From: Candidatus Zixiibacteriota bacterium | GTDB taxonomy: Bacteria > Electryoneota > B3-LCP | Assembly (NCBI GenBank): GCA_003599535.1 | Contig: QZKQ01000131.1 | Span: 22,612 to 86,611, forward strand | Direction: 5' to 3' | DNA length: 64,000 nucleotides | Shown: in pieces, positions 27,931 through 36,788 of the stretch | Layout of the letters: every line of letters starts with the position of its first letter | Numbering within the stretch: position 1 is the stretch's first letter | Notes under the pieces: generated by a model | Told to the model about the DNA's origin: nothing | What the model saw: only the letters and a program-made list of their open reading frames with translations | Databases searched by the model: none | Position numbers and translations under genes: made by a program

Positions 27931-30327
27931 TTACTTAAGCAGCACCAGGCGCTGGGTGCGGAGGTGCCCGTCCGCCTGCAGGCGGATCCAGTAATTCCCG
28001 GAGGGCTGACCGGTGGCTTCCCAGACGGCCGTGTGGTACCCGGCGCCCAAAGGACCCCGCAACAGCTCCGCCACCTTCCTCCCGGCCGCGTCGAACAGGT
28101 CCAACCGCACCTCGGCCGGTCCCGGCAAGGTGAAGGCGATCCGGGTCGTCGCGTTGAAAGGGTTGGGATAGTTGGGCAGCAGGTCGAGGCCATAGGTTCC
28201 CGGCCGGCCCGGTTCCGGATACACCGCCGCCGATCCCGTCAGAGTGGCGCGGATATTGAAATTCACCAGGGTCGGTTCCGCCTGCGCGCCGTTGAACACG
28301 AAGAAGTGTCCGGTGCTGTAGGCGTCTTCCAGGTGGCCGGTGATGTGCGGCGTCAGGTCCGGGGCGGTAATTTCAAACCAGACCCAGAAATCGGGGTGGC
28401 CGCCCTGCAGGTAGCCGACGTCGGAGATGTCTATTTCCATCCAATCCGGGTAGACGTTGGCGGCCGGTACGGTTACCGTGCGGCTGTACACCTCCGCACC
28501 GGGCGAGCCTCCCGTCCCGGCGGCGTAAATGTGCAGGTCGAAGGTTCCCGCCGAGTAAAACATGGCCTTGATAGTGTTGCCGGCCAGGATGCCGGGGAGG
28601 CCGTCCGCGGCCGGGGTGAAGCGCACCAGCGGTCCGTTGCCGGGGTTCAGGTTGAAGGGATAGAAATCAGGCAGGTAGGTGATCTGCCGGTGGTCGTATC
28701 CCAGTTCAAAAAAGCCGGGCGGTGTGACTTCGATCAGTCCCGCGACGCAGGTGTCGTTGCTGCGGACTTCGTCCAGGGTCAGTTGGGTGTAGGCATTCAC
28801 CCAGTATTGGCCGGCGGGAGGCGGCGTCCAGGTGAAGTTCCGGATCACGGTGTCGCCCGAAGCGACCGAAGACCAGGGGATCAAAGCGGTGGCGGCGCCG
28901 TCTACCGCCCAATAGGCCGGTACCTGGGGCGCGTTGTACAGACCATAATTGCAGAGCTGTACGGAACAGTTCACCGGCCCCTGACCCTGGTAGGTAGGAA
29001 ACGGCACGACGAGCCGGGTGGCGCCCACGTCATGATCCGGCAGGCTGCGGGACACCAGGGTTATGTCGTCAATGTACAGCCCGTCGCCCTGGCCGCCGTC
29101 GCTGTTGCCGTCGGTGACCATGCGAAAGCGGATTTTCACGTTCTGCCCCGCCCAAGGAGTCAGGTCGAGCACGGGGATGATGGTATTTTCCCAGTAGCCG
29201 TTGGACCGCTCCACCCACTGGAACTGGGATCCGTTGTGCGCCCAGTCGTAGGCCAGCGGCGTCCAGATGGCGCTGTTGGCCGGAGCCACTTCGATGTAGT
29301 AGTAATCGTCCAGGTAGTCGTCGTTGTCCCCGTCCACGTCCGGGAGATCGCAGTACACCCAATAGCTCAGGTAGGTGGCCGAATCAGCCGGCAGGGCCAC
29401 GGTGGGCGACACCAGGGCGTTGGAAAGGAAGTAGCGGTCGTCGCAGTTGCGGCTGTGGGAGGGGCTGTGGGATTCCCCGGTGGTCAGCACCCAGTAATTG
29501 CCCGACGGGGGACCGGCGCTCACGGTTAAAGCCGAAGGGTAGCCTCCCCCCTCAGCGTTGTTCGACAGGTATACGGTGCTGCCGGCGCGCACTTCGACGT
29601 TGTCAATGAAGAAGCCCAGCAGGGCGGGATTATCGGCGGTGCAGGTGGCGGCGTCGGAACAGAAGGCGAAGCGGAGGCGGACGTCGGGGTAGGCGTAGGC
29701 GGACAGATCGAAGCGCGCCTCGGTCCAGCCGCCGGACGACCCGGCCCAACCGGGAATGCCGGGACCCATGCCCCACAGCCAGCCGAAACCGTACAGGCTT
29801 TGACAGGTGTAGGCCGGATATTCCGGCTCCAGCACGTCCCAGGTGTTGCCGCCGGTGATGGAGATCCACACATTGCAGCCGTCCCAACCGTCGTACCCCG
29901 GAGTGTGGCTGGTATCCTCCACCGCCCAGTACAACTTCAGGGTCAAGGCCGGATCGGTCGTCCCGGCCAGGTTGATGACGGGGGTGACCAGGTACTGCAG
30001 CCAATGGTTATCGTAGCCCATCAGGCTGGTCTTTCCCGACCACCAGGAATGGCCACTGTAGGCGTTGTAGGTGTCGGTGTGCCAGGTCGGCCCCGGATTG
30101 GTGAGGTCCACCGCAGTCCAGTTGTTGGGACCGGTAGTGGTTTCGAAATCGGCGAAATAGATGACGGTATCCTCATCGGCCCCGGCAGGCATGCGGGCAG
30201 GATCGGACACTCGCACCGGTTGGGGTTGCGATGACCGCTCGATTTTTTCTCCCCATCCCGGCGCAGCCCACAGGGCCAACGTCAGGAGGAGTACCCAAGA
30301 CCTGCGCTTCATCCTTTGCTCCGACAT
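27931..30327 (-). CDS. T9SS-sorted secreted protein, paralog C
   Basis: Signal peptide. HWLQYLVTPVINLAGTTDP ... DGWDGCNVWISITGGNTWDVL block. C-terminal NYPNPFNATTRIAF ... GNYWIRLQADGHLRTQRLVLLK. Confidence 0.75.
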   Translation of the reverse strand: MSEQRMKRRSWVLLLTLALWAAPGWGEKIERSSQPQPVRVSDPARMPAGADEDTVIYFADFETTTGPNNWTAVDLTNPGPTWHTDTYNAYSGHSWWSGKTSLMGYDNHWLQYLVTPVINLAGTTDPALTLKLYWAVEDTSHTPGYDGWDGCNVWISITGGNTWDVLEPEYPAYTCQSLYGFGWLWGMGPGIPGWAGSSGGWTEARFDLSAYAYPDVRLRFAFCSDAATCTADNPALLGFFIDNVEVRAGSTVYLSNNAEGGGYPSALTVSAGPPSGNYWVLTTGESHSPSHSRNCDDRYFLSNALVSPTVALPADSATYLSYWVYCDLPDVDGDNDDYLDDYYYIEVAPANSAIWTPLAYDWAHNGSQFQWVERSNGYWENTIIPVLDLTPWAGQNVKIRFRMVTDGNSDGGQGDGLYIDDITLVSRSLPDHDVGATRLVVPFPTYQGQGPVNCSVQLCNYGLYNAPQVPAYWAVDGAATALIPWSSVASGDTVIRNFTWTPPPAGQYWVNAYTQLTLDEVRSNDTCVAGLIEVTPPGFFELGYDHRQITYLPDFYPFNLNPGNGPLVRFTPAADGLPGILAGNTIKAMFYSAGTFDLHIYAAGTGGSPGAEVYSRTVTVPAANVYPDWMEIDISDVGYLQGGHPDFWVWFEITAPDLTPHITGHLEDAYSTGHFFVFNGAQAEPTLVNFNIRATLTGSAAVYPEPGRPGTYGLDLLPNYPNPFNATTRIAFTLPGPAEVRLDLFDAAGRKVAELLRGPLGAGYHTAVWEATGQPSGNYWIRLQADGHLRTQRLVLLK

Positions 30328-30444
30328 AGCCGTCTGATTGTGTATGGCAACATATAAGTTACAATCCTTTCACGCGGATGTCAAGCCCCGTCTACGAAAA
30401 TCGGATGCCACCCATAAGATAACCTTGTCCAGGGCCTAAAAAAA

Positions 30445-30511
30445 GCGCAATCTTTTGCACTTGTGGTTTCTGGAAAGTTATCCGGAACCGATAAGGTGCA
30501 AAACATTGCGC
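30445..30511. promoter_or_regulatory. 15-bp inverted repeat GCGCAATCTTTTGCA / TGCAAAACATTGCGC (45-bp spacer) upstream of paralog C. On the minus strand it would also act as a terminator after the BMC genes.
   Basis: The first arm carries the same 18-mer as 8212-8229. On the minus strand the hairpin is followed by U7 (plus-strand aaaaaaa at 30438-30444). Confidence 0.5.
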
Positions 30512-30592
30512 TGGGTTATCCTGGGGCACTGACATGATTTTCGCGCTGGTTATTCGCCGGTGGAGGCAGGCGCCAGCACCGGCTGGTACTGT

Positions 30593-31093
30593 CTAAGAGC
30601 GGACGTGGAAGCGGCGCAACTCCGTAATCAGCAGATCTTTGCCGGCGCGGGAGATATCCCGGCCGGACAAGGGGAAACCGGGAGTCCGGCGGGCCAGGGA
30701 ACGCAACTCCTGCACCGACATTTTTTCCAAGTCACCCAAGGGAAAGCGGCCGCCGTTCTTGCCATCGGGGGTCACCGGGCCGGCCGGCGGTTCCGGATAG
30801 ATCAGGCGATCTTCCACTTCGTCGTGGGGGCGGGGGATGATGTGGGTGGCGACCAACTGCCCCACCCGCTCCGCAGCGCGGGCCCCGGAGTCCACCGCGG
30901 CTCGCACCGCTCCGACCTCACCGACGACTTCAACGGTGACCAGGCCGCCCGAAGTCCGCTCCCTGCGCAGGAGGGTCACGTGGGCGGCCTTCACCATGGC
31001 GTCCGCGGCTTCGATGGCGCCCACCAGGCCGCGGGTTTCGATCAGACCGAGAGCGCGTTCCGCCAGGGGCGGTTTGCCCTGTATTTCAGCCAT
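30593..31093 (-). CDS. BMC-H shell protein (PduA/EutM/CcmK family) with a ~70-aa C-terminal extension resembling a Rho-N/SAP-like helix-hairpin
   Basis: BMC domain [23 protein letters not shown] ... GAVRAAVDSG ... HIIPRPH. Tail ...LEKMSVQELRSLARRTPGFPLSGRDISRAGKDLLITELRRF. Confidence 0.7.
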   Translation of the reverse strand: MAEIQGKPPLAERALGLIETRGLVGAIEAADAMVKAAHVTLLRRERTSGGLVTVEVVGEVGAVRAAVDSGARAAERVGQLVATHIIPRPHDEVEDRLIYPEPPAGPVTPDGKNGGRFPLGDLEKMSVQELRSLARRTPGFPLSGRDISRAGKDLLITELRRFHVRS

Positions 31094-31112
31094 GCTGGGT
31101 CCCGGCTATGGA

Positions 31113-31409
31113 TTATTCCACGTTGGGGTTATCGCGCTGCGGAAGGATGGATTCGACTTCGTAGTGCGGGCGCGGAATGACGTGCACCGACACCAGTTCT
31201 CCCACCTTTTCCGCGGCGGTGGCGCCGGCGTCCGTGGCCGCTTTGACCGCGCCGACGTCGCCGCGCACGAACACGGTCACGTAACCGCCACCGATCTTCT
31301 CCTTGCCGACCAACTGCACTTTGGCGGCTTTGACCATGGCGTCCGCCGCTTCGATGGCTGCGACCAGCCCCCGGGTCTCGATCATGCCCAGGGCTTCCAG
31401 GGTACGCAT
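31113..31409 (-). CDS. BMC-H shell protein
   Basis: [37 protein letters not shown] ... VHVIPRPH. About 98 aa from the ATG at 31409. Confidence 0.8.
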   Translation of the reverse strand: MRTLEALGMIETRGLVAAIEAADAMVKAAKVQLVGKEKIGGGYVTVFVRGDVGAVKAATDAGATAAEKVGELVSVHVIPRPHYEVESILPQRDNPNVE

Positions 31410-31642
31410 GGTATCACCAGGCATACAATCTCCAGTTAATTCCAGTTGTGGTTTGAACTAAAAATAACGATTTTATACATCAAAGTCAATGATTTATTGC
31501 AGGATGTTTGGAAGGAGAATTCAGGGTTGCGAGGTTCCATGGAGTCTCTCTCTACGTTCTATTTCTTAAGAATTTACTTGTTTTCGCGAGAACTTGGTGT
31601 TTAATTAGTTTCAACGAAGGAAAAAGGAGTTACTCATTTAGA

Positions 31643-33103
31643 ATGCGGCTAATAATCATCCTGTTAACGGTCATCGGTGGACTATGTCTGGCAGCGTCGG
31701 CTATAACCTCCGGGCTTTCCCTGCATCCCCGTGACATCGAACGTACCATTTCCCCTGATGGGATGCTGGATGCCATCGTGCATTATGCCCTTCCTGCACT
31801 GTCACCGGGTTTGGCTTTGGTCGGCATTTGTCTGCTGATTCTATCCGGCCTGTTTTACCTCCTCACTCGGGTTTTGGATCGTAACCCGGACTTCGGTGGG
31901 GCCAAATTCATCCTTCTGCTGATGATCGTACAAGCCTGCTTCGGATTAATCTATGCACACTACGCAGATCATAATCTTAATGATGACTCTCTCTGGTACC
32001 ATACTCAAGCCGGCAATATTGCTTCAGGCAAGCCGGTCGCCAACGAGGACGGAACTCCCACAACCTACTGGCCGATTGGGTATTCTTTGATTTTAGGTTT
32101 GTTCTACCGCTTGTTCGGCGCGAATGTCACCGTCGCTGAGGTATTAAATATATTTTTTGCAGCCGGCATCACTCTCTTTACCTACCTGATTGGCCGGACC
32201 CTATTCTCCGGCAAAGCCGCCCGCCAGGCAGCCTTGGTGATGGCGGCATGGCCATCCATAATCTTCTTCGTCATTCTGCCTTTCGCCGATCTGTTTTTAA
32301 CCTTTCTGGCTACGGTTATATTCTATTTATCCATTAAACCGGCCTCGCGCACCAATACTCTGCTACTCGGAATGATGGTCGGCTTGGCGACACTTACGAG
32401 GCCGACCTTTCTGTTTTTCCCCTTGGTGATCGCATTTTACCGGTTGCTGCGGGATCGGCAATGGAAGCCGGTGCTGGCGCAAACTGCGATTATCATCCTT
32501 ATAACTGAATTGATACTGCTGCCGTGGCAGATCCGCAATTATCGAGCCTTTGACGATTTTATCCTGGTCTCCACCAATGGCGGAATTCATGCCTGGATGG
32601 GCAATAATCCCCATGCCAGCGGAGGCTTCATCGGGTTGTGGATGTTTATTCCCGATTCGACCTACAAATGGATGAATCGCTCCCTAAATGAAGTCGAGCG
32701 CGAACAATACGCGTATCAGCAGGCCAAGACCTACATCAAGAGCGAACCCCTCCGGGCAATAGCTAACTGGCCCAAAAAGATCGTGTATTTATATTATCGT
32801 GACAGCAAATCTGTGACTTACGGCTTGGGAGATACCTATAAAATGCTCGCCCCTGTCGTGGTATGCGCGCTGATCATTATCGCTGAAGCCTATTATTTCA
32901 TTCTCGGCGCGGCCTTCCTGATCGTACTTCTTTTTTCCCTTCGCCGGCCTCCGTCACCATGGCTCTGGTTCGTGCTGGGAAGTGGTGTCTACTTTACGGC
33001 CATAAATCTGCCCTTTATCGCCGAAGGCCGCTACCATATGCCGCTGCTGCCGCTGTTTGCTCTGGTGGCTGTCACGGGGAAAGCCATCCAAAACACCAAA
33101 TAA
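31643..33103 (+). CDS. Glycosyltransferase family 39 (ArnT/PMT_2-like, GT-C fold) integral membrane protein
   Basis: About 12 TM segments. PMT_2-like core TYWPIGYSLILGLFYRLFG ... LFTYLIGRTLFSGKAARQAALVMAAWPS. Lower GC than surrounding genes. Confidence 0.65.
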   Translation: MRLIIILLTVIGGLCLAASAITSGLSLHPRDIERTISPDGMLDAIVHYALPALSPGLALVGICLLILSGLFYLLTRVLDRNPDFGGAKFILLLMIVQACFGLIYAHYADHNLNDDSLWYHTQAGNIASGKPVANEDGTPTTYWPIGYSLILGLFYRLFGANVTVAEVLNIFFAAGITLFTYLIGRTLFSGKAARQAALVMAAWPSIIFFVILPFADLFLTFLATVIFYLSIKPASRTNTLLLGMMVGLATLTRPTFLFFPLVIAFYRLLRDRQWKPVLAQTAIIILITELILLPWQIRNYRAFDDFILVSTNGGIHAWMGNNPHASGGFIGLWMFIPDSTYKWMNRSLNEVEREQYAYQQAKTYIKSEPLRAIANWPKKIVYLYYRDSKSVTYGLGDTYKMLAPVVVCALIIIAEAYYFILGAAFLIVLLFSLRRPPSPWLWFVLGSGVYFTAINLPFIAEGRYHMPLLPLFALVAVTGKAIQNTK

Positions 33104-33107
33104 AACC

Positions 33108-34649
33108 ATGATTCAACCTGAATCACCACCCGACCACTCTCATCGCGACCTGGCGCCAGACGCAGCGCAGAGCTCAATTCTGCGGTTGTCCTTTTGTCTC
33201 GCATCGATTGCCCTGGGCTTATTGTTGATTTGGGGAATCCTGGAATTCTCTGGTTTCAAAGTGCAAAAGCTTGAGGGGTTCCTGGCAGCTGATGGTTCAT
33301 TTGACGGCCCGGCATCCATGGCTATCCGCGCCATGAACATAGGATTGCCGGCGGCAGCGATAACCCTGTTGATTATCTCCGTGCTATGGCTGCTCTTTGA
33401 ACGATTTCATTGGAGTCCATTCCGGTTGCGGGAGAGATCTTTTCTCCTCTTCATCATCATCCTGAAATTGGGCCTCAGCCTGGCATATATTTATTCCATG
33501 CCTTATCAACCATGGACCGATGATCATTGGTATCTGACCGCTGCCCAGCATTTGTCACAAGGCATTAACCCTCATATCAACGGTCAACCCACCGCGCTTT
33601 GGCCTATCGGCTATCCCATGATCCTTTCTGTGTTTTTCCGAATATTTGGGGCTACGGTTATCGTTGCACAGTGGGTGAATGTATTGACTCTGGTAGGAAT
33701 AACCCTGTTGACCTATCACCTTGGTAAGGATCTCTTTGGAACCGCCACCGCCCGCCGCGCCGCACTGGTCATCGCGCTGATGCCGTCCCAGATCTTCTTC
33801 GCCTTGCCGATCATGTCAGACCCTCTTCAGGCTTTGCTGATGTTGGGTCTGATTTATTTAGCGATCAAACCCCTGAACAGGTGGAGAACCATTTCCATGG
33901 GATTGATCTTCGGATTTTCCATTCTGGTAAAACCGGTAATACTATTTTTTCCAGCCTTTTTGGCACTCTATTGGTATTGGAAAGGCGAACCCTTGAGAAG
34001 CACGATTTTTACTACGGCATGGATTCTAATACTGGGGATCATTACCGTTATTCCCTGGCAAATCCGCATGCAGCGCGACTTCGGCAGATTCGCCCTGGTT
34101 TCCACCCAGGGAGGACACAATATCTTGCAGGGAAATAATCCCCGGGCCAGTGGCGGAACCATGGACGTTCGCGATTTCGTCCCGGATAGCTTACTGAAAC
34201 GCTTCAGCACTCTGAATGAAGCGGAGCGTGATGCCCTGATGGCCCAAACAGGAATCGAGTGGATCAAAAATAATCCACTGTGGGCCATGCGACTCTGGAT
34301 TAAAAAATTCATAGTTCTCTTCTATGAAGACAGCAAATGTGTCTCGCGCAGTGTGCACCTCTCGTACGTAGATTTGCCCGCCGCAATGGTCGCGACGATG
34401 ATCTTCCTGACAGAAGGTTATTACTACGCCCTCGGCTTGGCTTTTCTGTTGGCTTCAGTGGGATTCCTGCGTCGGGAGCGGTTGACCGCCCGTTCCTGGT
34501 TGATTTACGGCACACTTCTCTACACCATCGCCATCCACTTGCCCTTCACCGCCGAAGGGCGTTACCATACGGTTCTCCTGCCCCTGTTCGCCATGATCGC
34601 GGTGTGGGCGATGAAGGAAACCACCTCGCGGCCGAAAAAAGCCGCCTGA
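33108..34649 (+). CDS. Glycosyltransferase family 39 (ArnT/PMT_2-like) integral membrane protein, paralog
   Basis: Paralogous to the previous gene (TALWPIGYPMILSVFFRIFG ... LLTYHLGKDLFGTATARRAALVIALMPS). Lower-GC region. Confidence 0.65.
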   Translation: MIQPESPPDHSHRDLAPDAAQSSILRLSFCLASIALGLLLIWGILEFSGFKVQKLEGFLAADGSFDGPASMAIRAMNIGLPAAAITLLIISVLWLLFERFHWSPFRLRERSFLLFIIILKLGLSLAYIYSMPYQPWTDDHWYLTAAQHLSQGINPHINGQPTALWPIGYPMILSVFFRIFGATVIVAQWVNVLTLVGITLLTYHLGKDLFGTATARRAALVIALMPSQIFFALPIMSDPLQALLMLGLIYLAIKPLNRWRTISMGLIFGFSILVKPVILFFPAFLALYWYWKGEPLRSTIFTTAWILILGIITVIPWQIRMQRDFGRFALVSTQGGHNILQGNNPRASGGTMDVRDFVPDSLLKRFSTLNEAERDALMAQTGIEWIKNNPLWAMRLWIKKFIVLFYEDSKCVSRSVHLSYVDLPAAMVATMIFLTEGYYYALGLAFLLASVGFLRRERLTARSWLIYGTLLYTIAIHLPFTAEGRYHTVLLPLFAMIAVWAMKETTSRPKKAA

Positions 34650-34893
34650 ACCGCCTCAATGTATCTCCTCCTGGACTTGCTCTGTTGCGCCAGTTCATTG
34701 TACTCTCCACTCCGCCGCCAGCGTAATCGCTTATCGCATTGATATATCATCCCTTACGCCAACAGCCCGATTTCCTCAAGGGTCTAAATTTAAAGCAAAA
34801 GTGTTGGATTTCCCCGAGGGGTGAAGTATATTTGTGGTACTTTCTGCCCGGGCGGAATCCATCTACTTTACCATAGTATTACTTGGGGGTATC

Positions 34894-35823
34894 ATGAAGA
34901 ACATCCTGGTGACCGGGGGGGCCGGTTATGTGGGCACGATGCTGGTGCCCATGCTGCTGGGGCGCGGTTACAAGGTCCGCGTCATGGATAACCTGATGTA
35001 CGGCGGCAAGGGGTTGCTGCCCTGCTTCGCTTCGAAAGATTTCGAATTCGTGAAGGGCGACGTGCGCAAGATCGAAGACGTGCGCAGCTCCCTGGACGGC
35101 ATGGACGCCGTCATCCACCTGGCCGCCATCGTCGGTTTCCCCGCCTGCAAGAAAGATCCGCAACTGGCCGAAGAAACCAATCACAAAGCTACGGTACTTC
35201 TGGAAGGCCTGCGCCACGACCGCCCGCTGATCTTCGCTTCCACCGGATCCAACTACGGCGCCCTGGTGGGCGACGTCTGCCGCGAAGATTCCCCCTTGAA
35301 TCCCCTGACCATCTATGGGTCCACCAAGACCGCCGCCGAGCAGTACCTGCTGAAGTGCGGTAACGTGGTGGTCTACCGCTACGCCACCGCCTATGGCCTG
35401 TCCTACCGCCAGCGGCTGGACCTGCTGATCAACGACTTCGTTTACCAGGCGGTCAAGAACCGCAACCTGATCATCTACGAGAAGTCCTTCAAGCGGACTT
35501 TCATCCACGTGCGCGACATCGCCGCCTCGCTGCTCTACGCCCTGGAACACTTCAACAAGATGCGCGACGAAGTGTTCAACTGCGGGTCCAACGACCAGAA
35601 TTTCAGCAAGGAAGAGGTCGCCCTGCTGATCCAGAAGCGGGTGAACTACTACCTGCACTTCGCGGAAATCGGCAAGGACGAGGACCAGCGCAACTACGAG
35701 GTATCCTACGAGAAGGTCAATAAGGCCGGATTCTTCACCACCGTGGGCATTGACGAGGGCATTGACGAGCTGATCCGTTCCATGGCCGTGGTCCAGGTGG
35801 TCAACGAATACAGCAACGTCTAA
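34894..35823 (+). CDS. NAD-dependent epimerase/dehydratase (extended SDR) acting on a nucleotide sugar
   Basis: ILVTGGAGYVG Rossmann motif. Catalytic YxxxK region (YGSTKTAAE). About 310 aa from the ATG at 34894. Confidence 0.7.
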   Translation: MKNILVTGGAGYVGTMLVPMLLGRGYKVRVMDNLMYGGKGLLPCFASKDFEFVKGDVRKIEDVRSSLDGMDAVIHLAAIVGFPACKKDPQLAEETNHKATVLLEGLRHDRPLIFASTGSNYGALVGDVCREDSPLNPLTIYGSTKTAAEQYLLKCGNVVVYRYATAYGLSYRQRLDLLINDFVYQAVKNRNLIIYEKSFKRTFIHVRDIAASLLYALEHFNKMRDEVFNCGSNDQNFSKEEVALLIQKRVNYYLHFAEIGKDEDQRNYEVSYEKVNKAGFFTTVGIDEGIDELIRSMAVVQVVNEYSNV

Positions 35824-35834
35824 AGGGGGCGGTC

Positions 35835-36788
35835 ATGGGATTCTGGAAGGGCAAGAACGTGGTGGTGACCGGGGGGTCGGGCTTCCTGGGCAGCCACGTG
35901 GTGGAAATATTGGAAGCGGAAGGGGCGCGAGTCACCGTGCCCCGCAAGCGCGATTTCAACCTGATGACGCTGGACGGCAGCCTGCGCTGTTTCCTGGAAG
36001 CCCGGCCGGACCTGGTCATCCACGGAGCGGCCTTCTACGGCGGGATCTGGATCAACCAGGTGCACCCGGGGCGGATTTACTACGAGAACCTGGTCATGGG
36101 AGCCAACGTCATCGAAGCCTGCCGCCTGGCCGGAGTGAAGAAGTTCGTGGGAGTGGGCACGGCCTGCTCCTATCCGGGCTATCTCGAAGGGCTGCTGTCC
36201 GAAGAGCGCCTGTGGGACGGCCCGCTGCACGACAGCGTGCGCAACTACGGCCTGACCAAGAAAATGATGCAGGTGCAGTGCTGGGCTTACCAGAAGCAGT
36301 ACGGCTTCAATGGCATCCACCTGATCCTGACCAACCTGTACGGTCCGCGGGATTCCTACAATCCCCAGCGGTCGCACGTGGTGGCGGCGCTGATCCGCAA
36401 GTTCGTGGAAGCGGAAATGACCCGGGCGCCGGAAGTGGAAGTCTGGGGCACGGGCAAGCCCATTCGCGAATTCCTGTACGTGCAGGACTGCGCCGAAGGT
36501 ATCGTGCGGGCCGCCGAAGTCTACGACGAGGTCGAACCGCTGAACCTTGGCACCGGCCTGGGCACCAGCATCCGCGAACTGACCGACCTGACCCACGAGC
36601 TGTCCGGCTTCCAGGGGCAGATCCGCTGGAACGCCGACAAGCCCGACGGCCAGATGGTGAAAATCCTGGACGTGTCCAAAATGAAGAAGGCGCTGGGCTG
36701 GCAACCGCCCACCAGCCTGCGGGACGGCCTGGAAAAGACCATCCACTGGTACCGCGAGCACAAGGCGGAAGCGGACGAGAGATTTTAG
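35835..36788 (+). CDS. fcl: GDP-L-fucose synthase (GDP-4-keto-6-deoxy-D-mannose 3,5-epimerase/4-reductase)
   Basis: VVTGGSGFLGSH, NLYGPRDSYNP, VWGTGKPIREFLYV. These are typical Fcl/WcaG motifs. Confidence 0.8.
   Translation: MGFWKGKNVVVTGGSGFLGSHVVEILEAEGARVTVPRKRDFNLMTLDGSLRCFLEARPDLVIHGAAFYGGIWINQVHPGRIYYENLVMGANVIEACRLAGVKKFVGVGTACSYPGYLEGLLSEERLWDGPLHDSVRNYGLTKKMMQVQCWAYQKQYGFNGIHLILTNLYGPRDSYNPQRSHVVAALIRKFVEAEMTRAPEVEVWGTGKPIREFLYVQDCAEGIVRAAEVYDEVEPLNLGTGLGTSIRELTDLTHELSGFQGQIRWNADKPDGQMVKILDVSKMKKALGWQPPTSLRDGLEKTIHWYREHKAEADERF

Noticed and set aside
25306-30234. Long plus-strand ORFs (25306-26751, 26860-27675, 27781-29529, 29800-30234) antisense to the T9SS paralogs
   Set aside because: Same GC-driven artefact. 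No start context or recognisable domains. Fully overlapped by well-supported minus-strand genes.
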